Assembly (NCBI GenBank): GCA_052327205.1
Contig: CM126206.1
Location: 298,778,001 to 298,842,000, forward strand
DNA from: Somniosus microcephalus
Taxonomy: Eukaryota
Reading direction: 5' to 3'
DNA length: 64,000 bases
Made by a program: the position numbers and the translations under genes. The first letter of the stretch is position 1; each line of letters starts with the position of its first letter. Shown here piece by piece: positions 1 through 60,104 of the stretch. The notes beneath the pieces are model-generated. The model made no database searches. It was not told where the DNA came from and worked only from the letters and a program-made list of their open reading frames with translations.

Positions 1-9
1 TGATCATGG

Positions 10-245
10 AAGCTATCCCAGCCAAGCCCACGATGGCTTCACCTGCTGTCTACACACACCTTCTGACAGGGATACCTATGCAGTAATGAATGGGAACTTT
101 GGGTAGTTTTTCCACCTCCCTAGACCAGGGACACAGAGAGCCAATTGTAGTATCCAAATATTGTCCTGATTAAATAACCTAACCAAACACATCCGGGTTC
201 GAGCCTGAGATTCTAATATGTATAGTTCATGACAACCCAGTGTCC
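10..245 (-). mobile_element. AmnSINE2-like SINE fragment
   Basis: Similar to 27290-27485 (CCAGCCAAGCCCA...GCCAATTGTAG); family name from recalled consensus. Confidence 0.45.
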
Positions 246-1469
246 ATCATTTACTTTAACAATTCTGGTTCAGCATGAAAGAAAAGCAATGATAATTGTG
301 TTGTATTCTCACCAGCAGGACGTAGAGAATAAGCAGACATGGTGCTTAACTAGCTGTAATAAGTTGTAATGCTATCTAACACATCCTTGTTTATTAAACT
401 TTTTACCTAGTCAATCATTATCAGCATGTTATCTCTGATGTATTATGTATTCTTTGCACATTGTTTATTCTATTGAATACATTTACTTTTCAACATGAAA
501 GCCAATACAAATATGAAAGTGTTTGTAAGTGATTGCTGTTCTGTTCAACTAATATTTAATAAAGTGACAATTGTGACAAGTTCTGTCTGTTGAATATTCC
601 GTACAAACTAAATATATCTAGCTCAACACAAAGTTATTATAGTGTAGACACAAGATGTTTTTTCCTCCATGTTATAGGTGGAACCAAGACTTCACATTTT
701 GATATGGCAGAAATCATACCAAACAGTAAAGAAAATATTTAAATGATACTAAAGAATGACTTGGTGTAAAAAAAAACCACACACACAAGAAATTAAGAGA
801 AAATGTTTCTGTGCTTGATGAAGAGTTGGTTAAGAAGAGGGACGTGTGAAAACTGTTTATGAACAGGTCATTCCATCATTGAGACATGTCTAAAGTTAAA
901 TCTGTTTTACTAAAGGCCCAAATATTAAGTGAAACTGCAATTCTCAGATTGGATCACTGTTAAAAATGCAGTCAATGCTGCATTGTTGTAACTGTAGTGT
1001 AAGTGACATAAAATTGAGACACACATGCGTGTTAAATTTTATGTCTGAATATATACTTCTAATTGAGCATTAGACATAGCTGTACTTTTATTGCTGTTTA
1101 TAAAGAGCCCCAGTGTCATATGGACTTTGATAGTATTGCTGTTTCTACATTGATAAAGTTGAATTATGAAAGAGAACAATGCTATGTTGGTTACTTGTTC
1201 AAACGTGGAAACAATAGCTTGTGTTAGCTTAAATATTGTGAAGTCCTCACAAAAGACTATAAAAATTACTCTGGGGGGGGGGGGTGGAATCCAAAAGGAA
1301 GTTGAATAAAATGGATAAATCCAGCAGAAGTCATTAGATAACAAACAGCAAAACAAAGACTGCTTTTCCCCTTCTCCAGTCTGTGGACAATAAAGTCTCT
1401 TGTAACATCCGTAACTGTCATCATGATGAGAACAACCAACCCTTTTCTTCTGCTAACTTTCTTTCCTTC

Positions 1470-1745
1470 CTTCCTGCTCTACTGAATATGTTGACTCTTC
1501 GCTGGGGTGTGGTTCCTTTGCCCTCAATACCTAACACAGGCAGCCATTATTCACGTGTTAACCTAAACAGTGTTGGCAAATTACTCAAAAACAGGTGTGT
1601 GTGTGTGGGGGGTGATTTTCTCCACACATTCCAGCTGGAATCCTCAGAAATGTTCTGGTCCCTAATTGAGAGGGACTAAGACTATGGTTAGCTGATGGAG
1701 GATTGAACCGAGAGCCTTCCTGTCTATAGCTCAGATGCTCACTCC
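1470..1745 (-). mobile_element. AmnSINE2-like SINE, decayed
   Basis: Shares segments with 27170-27280 (GGTTCC...GCCATT.TTCACGTG...CCTA.ACAG). Confidence 0.35.
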
Positions 1746-1869
1746 TTTAATGAGCGGAGCCACTGGGGGAAACTAAGGCAATTAGGTCTACACAATGAGG
1801 AATCCGAAATAAAAACAGAAAATGCTGGAAAAACACAGTAAGTGTGTTGGTATTTTTAATCTGCAAGCA

Positions 1870-2408
1870 GCTGAGATCCTGCAAATCCATTGGCAGGATA
1901 GGCGCACCAACGTTAGTGTTCTCGCTCAGGCCAACATCCCCAGCATCGAAGCTTTGACCACGCTCGATCAGCTCTGATGGACGGGTCACATTGTCCGCAT
2001 GCCCGATACGAGACTCCCAAAACAAGCGCTCTACTCGGAGCTCCGACACGGCAAGAGAGCCCCAGGTGGGCAGAGGAAACGCTTCAAGGACACCCTCAAA
2101 GCCTCCTTGAAAACACCCACCGACACCTGGGAATCCCTGGCCCAAGACCGCACAAAGTGGAGGAGAAGCATCCAGGAAGGCGCCGAACACTTCGAGTCTC
2201 TTCTCCGGGACCAAGCAGAAGCCAAGCGCAAACAGCGGAAGGAGCGCACGTCAACCCAAGCACCCCACCCACCCGCCCCTTCAACCACCGTCTGCCCCAC
2301 CTCTGACAGAGACTGTAGGTCCCACATTGGACTCATCAGTCACCTGAGAACTCATTTTTAGTGTGGAAGCAAGTCATCCTCGGTTCTGAGGGACTGCCCA
2401 AGAAGAAG
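1870..2408 (+). mobile_element. RTE-clade LINE 3' end
   Basis: MPDTRLPKQALYSEL..GKRAPGGQRKRFKD..WESLAQDR.KWR with a C-terminal CPT..C.SHIGLISHLRTH motif and (AAG)n tail. Confidence 0.85.
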
Positions 2409-2454
2409 CAAATGAGCATACTTCTTGGTCCATATGGCTCAATACTATACCAGT

Positions 2455-3227
2455 AGGGGGGGTGTTGGTTGTGGGGCTGGAGGAGATTAGAGAGATAGGG
2501 AGATGTGAGGCCATGGAAGGATTTGAAAACAAGGATGAGAATTTTGAAATCGAGGCGTTGCTTAACCGGGAGCCAATGTAGGTCAGTGAGCACGGGTGAT
2601 GGGTGAACGGAACTTGGTGCGAGTTAGGGCACGGGCAGCCGAGTTTTGGATGAACTCAAGTATACGTAGGGTTGGATGTGGGAGGCCAGCCAGGATTGCG
2701 TTGGAATAGTCAAGTCTAGAGATAACAAAGGCAGGGATGAGGGTTTCAGCAGCGAATGAGCTGAGGCAAGGGCAGAGACGGGCGATGTTACGGAGGTGGA
2801 AATAGGCGATCTTAGTTATGCTGTGGATATGTGGTCGGATATGACGCCAAGGTTGCAAACAGTGTGGTTCAGCCTCAGACAGATGTTAGGGAGAGGGATG
2901 GAGTGGCTAGGGAACGGAGTTCGTGGCGGGGACAGAAAACAATGGCTTTGGTCTTCCCAATATTTAATTGGACAAGCAGTCTGACAATTTAGAGACCGTG
3001 GAGGGGTCGAGAGAAGAGGAAGTGAGGTAGAGCTGGGTGTCGTCAGCGTACATGTGGAAACTGGCGCTGTGTTTTCAGATGATGCCGCCAAGGGGCAGCA
3101 AGTAGATGAGAAATAGGAGGAGGCCAAGGATAGATCCTTGGGGGACACCAGAGGTAACGATGCGGGAGCGGGAAGAGAAGCCGTTGCAGGTGATTCTCTG
3201 GCTACGATCAGATAGATAAGAATGGAT
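2455..3227 (-). mobile_element. L2-clade LINE fragment
   Basis: AYFHLRNIARL, AETLI.AFVISRLDYSNA, LHWLPVKQRLDFKIL; frameshifted. Confidence 0.88.
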
Positions 3228-3267
3228 GGAGTGTCAAAGGCTGCAGACACACAATCTAAGTATTAAT

Positions 3268-3447
3268 ACAAAAGCAAAATACTGTGGCTGTTGGAAACAC
3301 TCAGCAGACCAGGCAGCATCTGTGGAGAAAGTAACAGAATTAACGCTTCGTAAGAACTGTTTTTACCTATTCAGTTGTCTTTCCTCTTTACAGTTGGTGA
3401 CATACCTCTATATATATTCTACCAATTTCTGTTTTTATTTCAGATTT
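3268..3447. mobile_element. Decayed Penelope-derived palindromic element
   Basis: ACAAAAGCAAAATAC...CTCAGCAG.CCAGGCAGCATCTGTGGAGA and TTTCTGTTTTTATTTCAGA match both arms of 54725-54962. Confidence 0.65.
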
Positions 3448-3585
3448 CTAGTTTCTTTTGATTTGATTGTTTTGCACATAAAATATGGCAGATTCTAAAT
3501 TAACCTCTAACAGGGAGAGAGAGACAGAGATAGCAGTCAACAGGTTTGGCCACTCAATGGCCCCTGCAGCCCCAGTTCTGCCTCG

Positions 3586-3595
3586 GCGCATGCGC
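3586..3595. promoter_or_regulatory. NRF1 site
   Basis: GCGCATGCGC palindrome matching the NRF1 consensus. Confidence 0.7.
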
Positions 3596-3613
3596 GCTGG
3601 GTTGGGTGACCGA

Positions 3614-3703
3614 GCGCGGTTGCATTGTGGGATGGTGGAGGAGGTGGTGCGCGGCTGCATTGTGGGATACTGGAGGAGGAGGTGCGCGGGTGCATTGTGG
3701 GGA
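3614..3703 (-). promoter_or_regulatory. Three tandem ZNF143/Staf-type sites (35-bp period)
   Basis: GCGCGGNTGCATTGTGGG at 3614, 3649 and 3684; the reverse complement CCCACAATGCANCCGCG fits the SBS consensus. Confidence 0.72.
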
Positions 3704-3745
3704 AGTGGCAGAGCGGAGCTGATGGCGAGAGACGGCCCCGGCGAA

Positions 3746-52217
<48,472 letters not shown>

Positions 52218-53860
52218 TCGGAGGATTTAACGGGTTTGAGCAATTAAACAAAGACTGGAAAAGTCAGAGAAAAGTATTTTAGTATATGTGAAACACGATG
52301 TTTACCGTGAAATATGCATGAAGTTAAGTTAAAAGAAAAATGTTACTTCTAGTAGGAATATGAGTCACTGTAAATATATTGATTTGTTTTTTCCAAATGT
52401 TTTCTTCATACTTACACTGTAGTTTTGTTGAATTGTTTTAACTGCTAAGACTGCACACAAACTGTTTATTAAAAAAAAAAGTTATTTTAAGATCTTGTAA
52501 ACGATGGTGTTTCTGTAGAAGAATTTTGGCTGCAAATCTGCAAAATGCACCTTTTTGTTTTTGTGCAGGCTTAGCCCATCCTTGTCTCTGTAACAATGGC
52601 CGAGGTAAAATGATGTTTATATTCACATTTTCCTAGGTGTGTGTGCGCAGGCCAGCATGCCCTTGGTGTACTCAGTGCCGAAGGGGTCTGTCCCTACCTG
52701 TGCCTGCTCGCAGGGATGGTCACATCATTTAAAGCAGGTTGTGTACCACTTTCAGTACACTGAAGGTAAGCTAAACCATCAACATTACTGGTGTACTAGC
52801 ATTCATTGTCACAGATAGGCACAGCTCATGAATGAGGAGTATTGGCATCATGGCAGAATGCCTTGCATGCTGGCGAATGTGATAAGATATTAACTAGCTT
52901 GTGAATTTGCTAATGTACTGCTGAAACTATGCCAATTTATAGACTTCAGTGCGGGGAAGCTTGATGAGTATAGCACCTTCAGTGTACTGTTCATTACCCT
53001 TTGAAGTTGTTATAGAATTGTGGTAGAAATATGTCAATGCCATAAAATTCTGTTTCTTAGTAAATCTGTACCTATAGTCCATTAATAAACAGAAGCAGTT
53101 TCATTTAGTCATTAAAATGGAAAAAGATTGGGATTTTATATTTCTTTGTAGATGTCTAAAATATGACTGAATTTTTAAAAATTAAAATTAAGATTGTTTT
53201 ACAGTAAGAATTTCCTTTGCTACGTTATGTGCATTGGTTTCATTATTTGTGATCATGTTGTCTCTCAATACAGGCATACATAACCTTCCACTCTTGAGCA
53301 AAGCAGCTGCTTTTTAAAGCGGTAATTGCTTCTTTACCTTTTTTCTTTTGTACATTTAATTTGGTTTTTAGTTTTCTTTTGTTTAAGATGAGTTGTGATG
53401 ACTTTGAATTGTAGTTCTGTACTTAGCCCCTTCACTGGCACAAGCTACCATTTGATTTCAGACTGCAAAAGGATCTATTAAACCCTCCAGTTTCTGAGTG
53501 CAGAACAGCTTTTTTTTTTGATTCAGTAAACCTTTGCACCTGTGTGCAAATAATCCATGCATTAAATGGGCATAAAATTTTTGATAGCGACTTGTTGAAA
53601 TAACCAACAAAGAAAGGTAACATTCAAAGACTAGCTGATCAGAACTTAGCGATGCACTAAGGCCTGCAGACTTGCAACTGGCCAGTGAAGGAGTTAAAAT
53701 AATTGCACAATGCCTTTGCTTATATATAAAGGTAAGTTGGGGCATTTTGTCAGACAGCAGCACACTCTTCCTGCATCTAAAGTTACCCTTGCAGAATACC
53801 GGAGGATTTTGGTATGCATTATAGATACATTGATGAATAAAGTATTCGTTTTGGATAAAC
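52218..53860 (+). other. PRPF4B: PRPF4B 3'UTR (end uncertain)
   Basis: AU-rich stretch after the stop with no recognisable repeats; AATAAA at 53084-53089 and 53836-53841, with further signals downstream. Confidence 0.65.
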
Positions 53861-54724
53861 ATTATTATAGCTGTTTCACAGTGGCCCTACGTGCAGTCAA
53901 GTCTCTGTACAGCCATAAAACTACAGTGGTGACTTGCTGATCTGATCTGTTTTTTTAATTTTATTTTGTTATCCCAATTGTCTTGGTATGAAATGTTTAA
54001 CGAGCGTCATTTTCTATGTAAATGTGACATTTTTATCCAACAACCTTTTGTACAAAGTAAAAAAAAAAGTAAGATTATCAAGTCACAAATCAATGCACTC
54101 AACGTAAATTGCCTTTAGTTGCTGTAAGCCTTTCACTTACTATTTCAAAAAAAAATAAAAACTGGTAAAAATGATTTATGCAAAGGAGTAGTTGATCAGT
54201 TTCCTAGTGTCTCTTTTCAACATCAGTTTAGTTAATGTTTTAACTTACTGTGAAAGTACCTTTTTAAAAGGTGGTTACTTATTGGAAATGAGTGTCTCAG
54301 AATAAGTTAAAGGTCACCACAATTCACAAAGCTGTTTGGAAGTCTGATCCAGTTACCCTGTTACTGTAAAATGACTAATGTTTTGTACTGTTTTCTTACT
54401 TCCCTTCGCTGGTGCTGAGAGAGAAAAGAAAGCACGTTATGTTGCTATGCTGGGAGGCAACAGGCCACGTCGCCTATTCCATGGGCCTGCTTTGAATGAG
54501 ACACCTTCTCCTTCACCTTCTCCACAAGGTCATTTCTGACGGCATGCCTAGATAAGCATTTCATACCAGATGAAACGTGCATTTCTTGCAACTGTTATCT
54601 TTTAAGAAAATAAAACACTTTTCTTTGAATAGCTGACACTTCTAAGGGTTCTTTGCTTTGCTCCTGTTGAATTGTGATGAATGTAAAGTTTTTAAATTAA
54701 GTCTGAGAGCTTCACACTTGACGT

Positions 54725-54962
54725 ACAAAAGCAAAATACCGCGGATGCTGGACGTCTGAAATAAAAACAGAAAATGCTGGAAATACTCAGCAGGCCAGGC
54801 AGCATCTGTGGAGAGAGAAACAGAGTTAACGTTTCAGGGCGATGACCTTCCATCAGAACCGGATGAAAGGTCATCGACTTGAAACTTTAACTCTGTTTCT
54901 CTCTCCACAGATGCTGCCTGGCCTGCTGAGTATTTCCAGCATTTTCTGTTTTTATTTCAGAC
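54725..54962. mobile_element. Penelope-derived palindrome with two degenerate minimal hammerhead motifs
   Basis: 101-bp arms 54754-54854 and 54862-54962, 7-nt loop, 4 mismatches; arm sequence matches the Penelope terminus at 27541-27632. Confidence 0.88.
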
Positions 54963-56039
54963 TTGGTGTTTACTCAAGAAAATTATTTAAATTCCTTATT
55001 GTTATGCAGAATTCTTTCACAGGCATTTTTTTTTTTTTTTTTAAAGCACAGCAAAACTTAAGGGATCAAGGTGTTTCTTTACTTGTTCTCTGTCTCTTAG
55101 GTGCACCCTGATGGGAGACGATGCATATTGCAAGAAAATGAAGACTGAATTAAGGTTTCTGTCCCATAAAGACAACACTTACAGTGACTTTAAGTAACTG
55201 GAATATCACTGTTTGCTTGTGATTTTTTTCAATTAAAATGGTGTCTTTAAAGACCTTCATTGCTAACTCTCAACTGGCAGGGACCAGTATCTTACCTTTA
55301 TTGTTACTCTTCTAAGTGAGAGATTGACAAATTGGTTACAGGTTTAAATGAACTGTGCATGTTTTACATTATAATTTGGGTAGTTCATTTAGTAAAGTAA
55401 GGTAGTGTAAGATTGGCCTAGAGTCGTAACCTTGTAAAATCAAGGTGCCCGACATTTGTATCTTTACCAAAGACTGTTTAGTGATTTCAGAAACCAAAAT
55501 AGCCCCACTTTTTGTTGGATATTGTCTTTATAGTGAAAAGAAATGATTTGCTGCAAGTGTAGTAAGGTTTTTTAAAAAGCTATAATTCTGTCAGCCTAGC
55601 TTGAACTCTGTAGTACAGTCTCTGGTGGTAAATTTTGGTTATCTTCAGACTTTTGTTTGTTTTCTTTTTGCAGGGTCTATTTAGGTTATATGTGAAAGCT
55701 TTAATATGCAGTGAAATTGATATAGCAGATAATCCATATCTCAATTATCATTCTGTATGTGAATGACCTAACTGCCATTATAGCAGGCAATATCCAGGTT
55801 TGACCCCCATTTCCCATTGGCCTAGTTAAATATTGCACTGCATTTTTGTTGCAGGGAACCTAGTTAAAGAGAGTTTATAAATAGACGGGCTATGTTGCAA
55901 ATTGAGGGGTAATTCATAAGTAAGCTTGTTTCATGTTTGAATCATGTTATACTATTTTCTTATCCTGTGTTTTATTTCATAGGTAGGGACCACAATGTAA
56001 AATGCCTACACCTGCGAATGATGATTCATTATCTTAGCT

Positions 56040-56130
56040 TCAACACCAGTTACTGACAGCAAAGAGTTCTTCAGTATTGAATGAAAGTGAAGACGGTGGT
56101 TTCACACACTTATTTTTCAATACGGTTATA
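56040..56130 (-). CDS. Candidate terminal exon of a convergent gene (unidentified)
   Basis: acttttag acceptor, ITVLKNKCVKPPSSLSFNTEELFAVSNWC then stop, minus-strand AATAAA at 55976-55971; phase matches the donor at 59614. Confidence 0.3.
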
Positions 56131-56594
56131 CTAAAAGTATAATTGTATTGCTGTTTGTTGAAATATTTCAGCTTTAAGTTGCAGATATATATAAATAAAA
56201 TGCAAGAATTTGCCTGTTTTACTAATCTTGGGTACTGGTCATTCTGAAACACTAAGAAACCCTACAAACTCAATAAAACATCTTCAACTCAATAAGACAT
56301 CTTGACAGTGGACTAGAATGCTAATTTCTAGGTGTTGAAACCACAGTAATGTGTGCATTTTGTCGACATTTTGTATTGTCTAGCTGCAACATTGTAAATG
56401 TAATACTTTGGCAATGCTTAAAATATTTTTATTGCTTTCATTAAAAGAATTTAGTATCAAAGTGATTGTTTTCTTTTAAGATTCTGTTATCACTAAGTGA
56501 AGATCAATTTTATGTCCTGGTTGCTGAAGAAAATTTCCCCATTAGCGCATTAGCAAAGCATATTTATTTTTCTCCTCTTGTCAATGTTACGAAC

Positions 56595-57550
56595 ATTAGG
56601 AACAGGAGAGTAGGCCATTCAGCCCCTCTGGTCTGCTCTGCCATTCAATCAGATCATAGCTTATCGGCACCTCAAATCCATTTTCCCCCCTTGCTTCATA
56701 TCCCTTGATACCCTTACAAGCAAAAAAAAAACCTATCTGTTGAAAGTTTCAATTGTCCTAGCATCCACAGCCATTTGGGAGAGAGTTTTCAAGATTTCTG
56801 CTACCATTTTGTGTGGGGGAAAGTGCTTCCTGATCTCACTCCTGAATGGCCTGACTCTAATTTTATGATCCCTTGTTCTTGATTCCCCTACCAGAGGAAA
56901 TAGTTTTTCTACATCTACCCTATCAAATCCTTTTTATTAAAAAAAATTTAAACACCTTGATCAGATCACTCCTCAATCTCCTATACTCAAGGGAATACAA
57001 ACCAAGTTTATGCCACCTGCCCTCATAATTTAACCCTGTAAGCCCCTGTATCATTCTGGTGAACATGCACTGCACTCTCTCCAAGGCCAATATATCCTTA
57101 CTGGAATGCAGTATTCCAGATCAGGTTTGACCAAGGTCCTATACAACTGATTTTAATGATGTGTGTACTTGCACTCCCAAATCTCCTCCCTCCTCTAAAG
57201 CTCATCACCATTTAGAAAAAATACGATTTATCTTTCTTGCATCCAAAGTGGATGGCCTCAGACTTGCCCACATTGAAATGCATTTGCAAAAAGTTTGCCC
57301 ACTTGCTTAATCTGTCTGCCCCTCTTCCATCTACACTGCTTGCTGTCCCTCCAAACTTTGTGTCATCTGCAAACTTAGATATACAACTCTCCCATCATTC
57401 AAATCATTAATAAATATGAAACACCACTTGTTGCATCCCGCCAATCGGATTACATACCCTTTAACCTCACTTTGTCTCCTACCTCACAATCAATTTCCAA
57501 CCAAGTCAAAAGGCTACCTCCAACTTCGTTCACCCTCTCATTTTTGCTAA
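56595..57550 (-). mobile_element. CR1 LINE 3' fragment
   Basis: GGAGAGTAGGCCATTCAGCCCCT tail; reverse KFADDTKFG at ~57355-57380. Confidence 0.8.
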
Positions 57551-57814
57551 TAAAAGTGGTGGTAATAAATGTTGGCACCAGTTTCCATTTTGAGCAGCAT
57601 GCTAGAAAAAGTTCATGATCTCTGTTTAATCGGGCCTTTCACATTGAAAATATTCTTTTAAAGTACTCTGGCTGGGTGATCTCTCCCCCCTCCTTAAAGG
57701 CTATATCAGCACCAAATCTAGAGTTAGGACAGAGGATAGCCCTGGAATAAGTTTCTCTAGGTGAGTCACTCCATATGTCTGAACACCTTGCTGAAGCAAA
57801 GAATGTCACAACTG

Positions 57815-57935
57815 GTTTTGCAGGGCTATGGGGGAAAGGTGGGGGAGTGGGACTAGCTGAAGTGCTCTTGCAGAGAGCCAGCATAGGCTTGATGGGCCGA
57901 ATGGCCTCCTGTGCTGTAACCATTCAATGATTCTC
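57815..57935 (+). mobile_element. CR1 extreme 3' tail
   Basis: GGGCTATGGGGAAAGG...GATGGGCCGAATGGCCTCCTGTGCTGTAACCATTC. Confidence 0.75.
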
Positions 57936-58159
57936 GGTAACTTGGGCTCAGCCTATCATTCAGCTCAAAACAATCTGGTTCACCTTTGGCCAACGATGTC
58001 TCAAAAATTAAGCATTTTTGTGGAATCTTCCTTTGTACTTTCTGGACCTGTACTTCACAGGGTTATCTCCATAGGTCACTGAGTCGTTCATTTTAAAATT
58101 TTTGCAGTCTTATTGTCACAAAGGGAAAGATTGGAAACATGTGGAGTGGACTGCAATAG

Positions 58160-58897
58160 GAAGCAGTGAGGGTTGATAAACTTGCAGAATGGGTGTGCAA
58201 ATGAGATGAATTTCAATATAGATAAGTGTGACGTGATGTAGTTTGGTAGGAATAAAGAGGCCAAGAAAATAAAGTCTAAATGGGGTAGAGGAGCAAAGGG
58301 ATCTAGAGTAGATTCACAAATCAAAGTAATGACAGTTAATCAGGCCCTAAAATAAGCAAACCAAGCACTGGGATTCATTTCTAGAGGGATAGAATTGAAG
58401 AACAGTGAAGTTAAGTTAAACCTGTATAGAACCTTGGTTAGACTACACTTGGAATACTATGCACAGTTCTGGTCTCCACATTGCAAAAAGGAAATAGAGG
58501 CACTGGAGAAGGTGCAAAATGATTTAAGGATGATACCAGAACTGAGGTTAGCACCATCAGGAAAGACTGAACGGGCTGGGACTCTTCAGAAAGCTGAGGG
58601 GATGACCGAATAAAGGTCTAAAATTATGATGGTCACTAATAAATTCAGTAACAGATTTAGGAGAAGCTTCTTTACCCAGAGAGTGGTTAGATGTGGAATT
58701 TGCTACCACTTGGAGTGGTTAAGGTGAATAGCATAGATGCATTGAAGGGGAAGCTAGATAGGAGGGTGAAAGGAATAGAAGGATATGCTGACAGGGTTAG
58801 ATGAAGTAGAGTGGGAGGAGGCTCATGTAGGGGCATAAACACTGGCACGGAACTGTTAGGCTTGAATGGCCTGCTCCTGCGCTGTAAATTCTATGTT
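58160..58897 (+). mobile_element. CR1 LINE 3' fragment
   Basis: NLYRTLVRLHLEYYAQFWSP; same subfamily as 24370-25068. Confidence 0.85.
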
Positions 58898-59064
58898 GGT
58901 GTATAGAAATTGGAGGGAGAAGAGGATGGAGTATAAAATGCTTAGGATGAATTGGAGAAATTTTTGAGGGAGTGGTGATTTGAGCCATATTTGTTTTTTT
59001 TAGACTGGCCAGATGGATTGCAGAGCCTTTCCTGGTCCTGTACCTTCCTATGTTTAAAAACATC

Positions 59065-59455
59065 CCAATATTTCACATACAATGAATCACTTTGAGATAC
59101 AATGGCTGTTATGCAGAGAAAATCAAATCATTCAGCACAAAGCAAAATCCCACAAACAGCAATGACACGTGACTGGTTAATCTGTTTTTAGTGGCATTGG
59201 TTGTGGGAGGAATGTTAATCAAGACATCAAAAGAACTCTGTTGTCTTCAAACAGTGTCATGTGGTCTTTTACGTTCACCAGAGCAGCTAGACAGGTCCTC
59301 AGTTTAATGTATTAGCTGAGGAATGGCACCTTCATCAATGCACCACTCAGTACAACACTGGAGTGTCAGCCTAGATTATGTGCTCAAGCCCCAGTGTAAC
59401 ACTTGAACCAATGACCTGATTCAGAGGCAGGAGTGCGACCAATTGAGCTAAGCTA
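59065..59455 (-). mobile_element. Deu-domain SINE, old
   Basis: CACTGGAGTGTCAGCCTAGATTATGTGCTCAAG and other segments shared with 7445-7878. Confidence 0.7.
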
Positions 59456-59613
59456 GAGTATTATCAATGTTAAGCAAAGATGGAGAAAAAGGAGCTTCTA
59501 GTGCTGTGGAAATGTCATGCCATGGAAGACCACTAGAAATTGGAACAATTTTCATGAAGCTATATAAATGCAAGTTGTTGTATAGTAAAGTCAGAGTTAA
59601 ACTTGAAATTTAC

Positions 59614-59776
59614 CTTTGAATGGGAGGGGAATCACTGCGTATATTGGCAATGAGAACTTCCTCTTTCACTGATGTACATGCAGCTAAGGAATCTTTCAGC
59701 AGGAAGTTAAAAGTGGGTAAAGACCACGATAGAGCACGTTGTACATGGAAGCAACCGGCCTTTTCTTGTTTCATAC
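59614..59776 (-). CDS. Candidate internal exon of a convergent gene (5' boundary uncertain)
   Basis: Non-repeat island with open frame MKQEKAGCFHVQRALSWSLPTFNFLLKDS...SPPIQ ending at AAG|GTAAAT; acceptor is weak. Confidence 0.3.
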
Positions 59777-60104
59777 CTATTATATCTATTAACCATAACC
59801 ATTTATTACCACGTGTCACTTGTGACCAATGCAGCTGCTTGAAGCACCAGATTGCAAAATTCGGTGATTTTGTGAACACTACACTGAAATTTCAACTTTA
59901 CTCAAAGTTGCATTTTTATTACTAGGGTTTGTGGAATTTCAGGCATTTGAATTTTCTAGGAGTAAAATTATTTCCTTGTTCTGGGAAGCCATGTTGGAAA
60001 ATGATACGTCAGGAAGCAAATTAAGGAATTCGGAAAATGGTGTTGAAAACTGCAGTTAATTTCAGAATGGCCTAATTCACAAACTAATTTATACATCTAT
60101 ATCA

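Noticed and set aside
679-743. Possible terminal exon of an upstream + strand gene (GTKTSHFDMAEIIPNSKENI-stop)
   Set aside because: Plausible acceptor but very short, no recognisable homology and no linked exon in the window.
56018-56058. C/D box snoRNA (ATGATGA...CTGA)
   Set aside because: Only ~40 nt between boxes, no convincing terminal stem or internal boxes.
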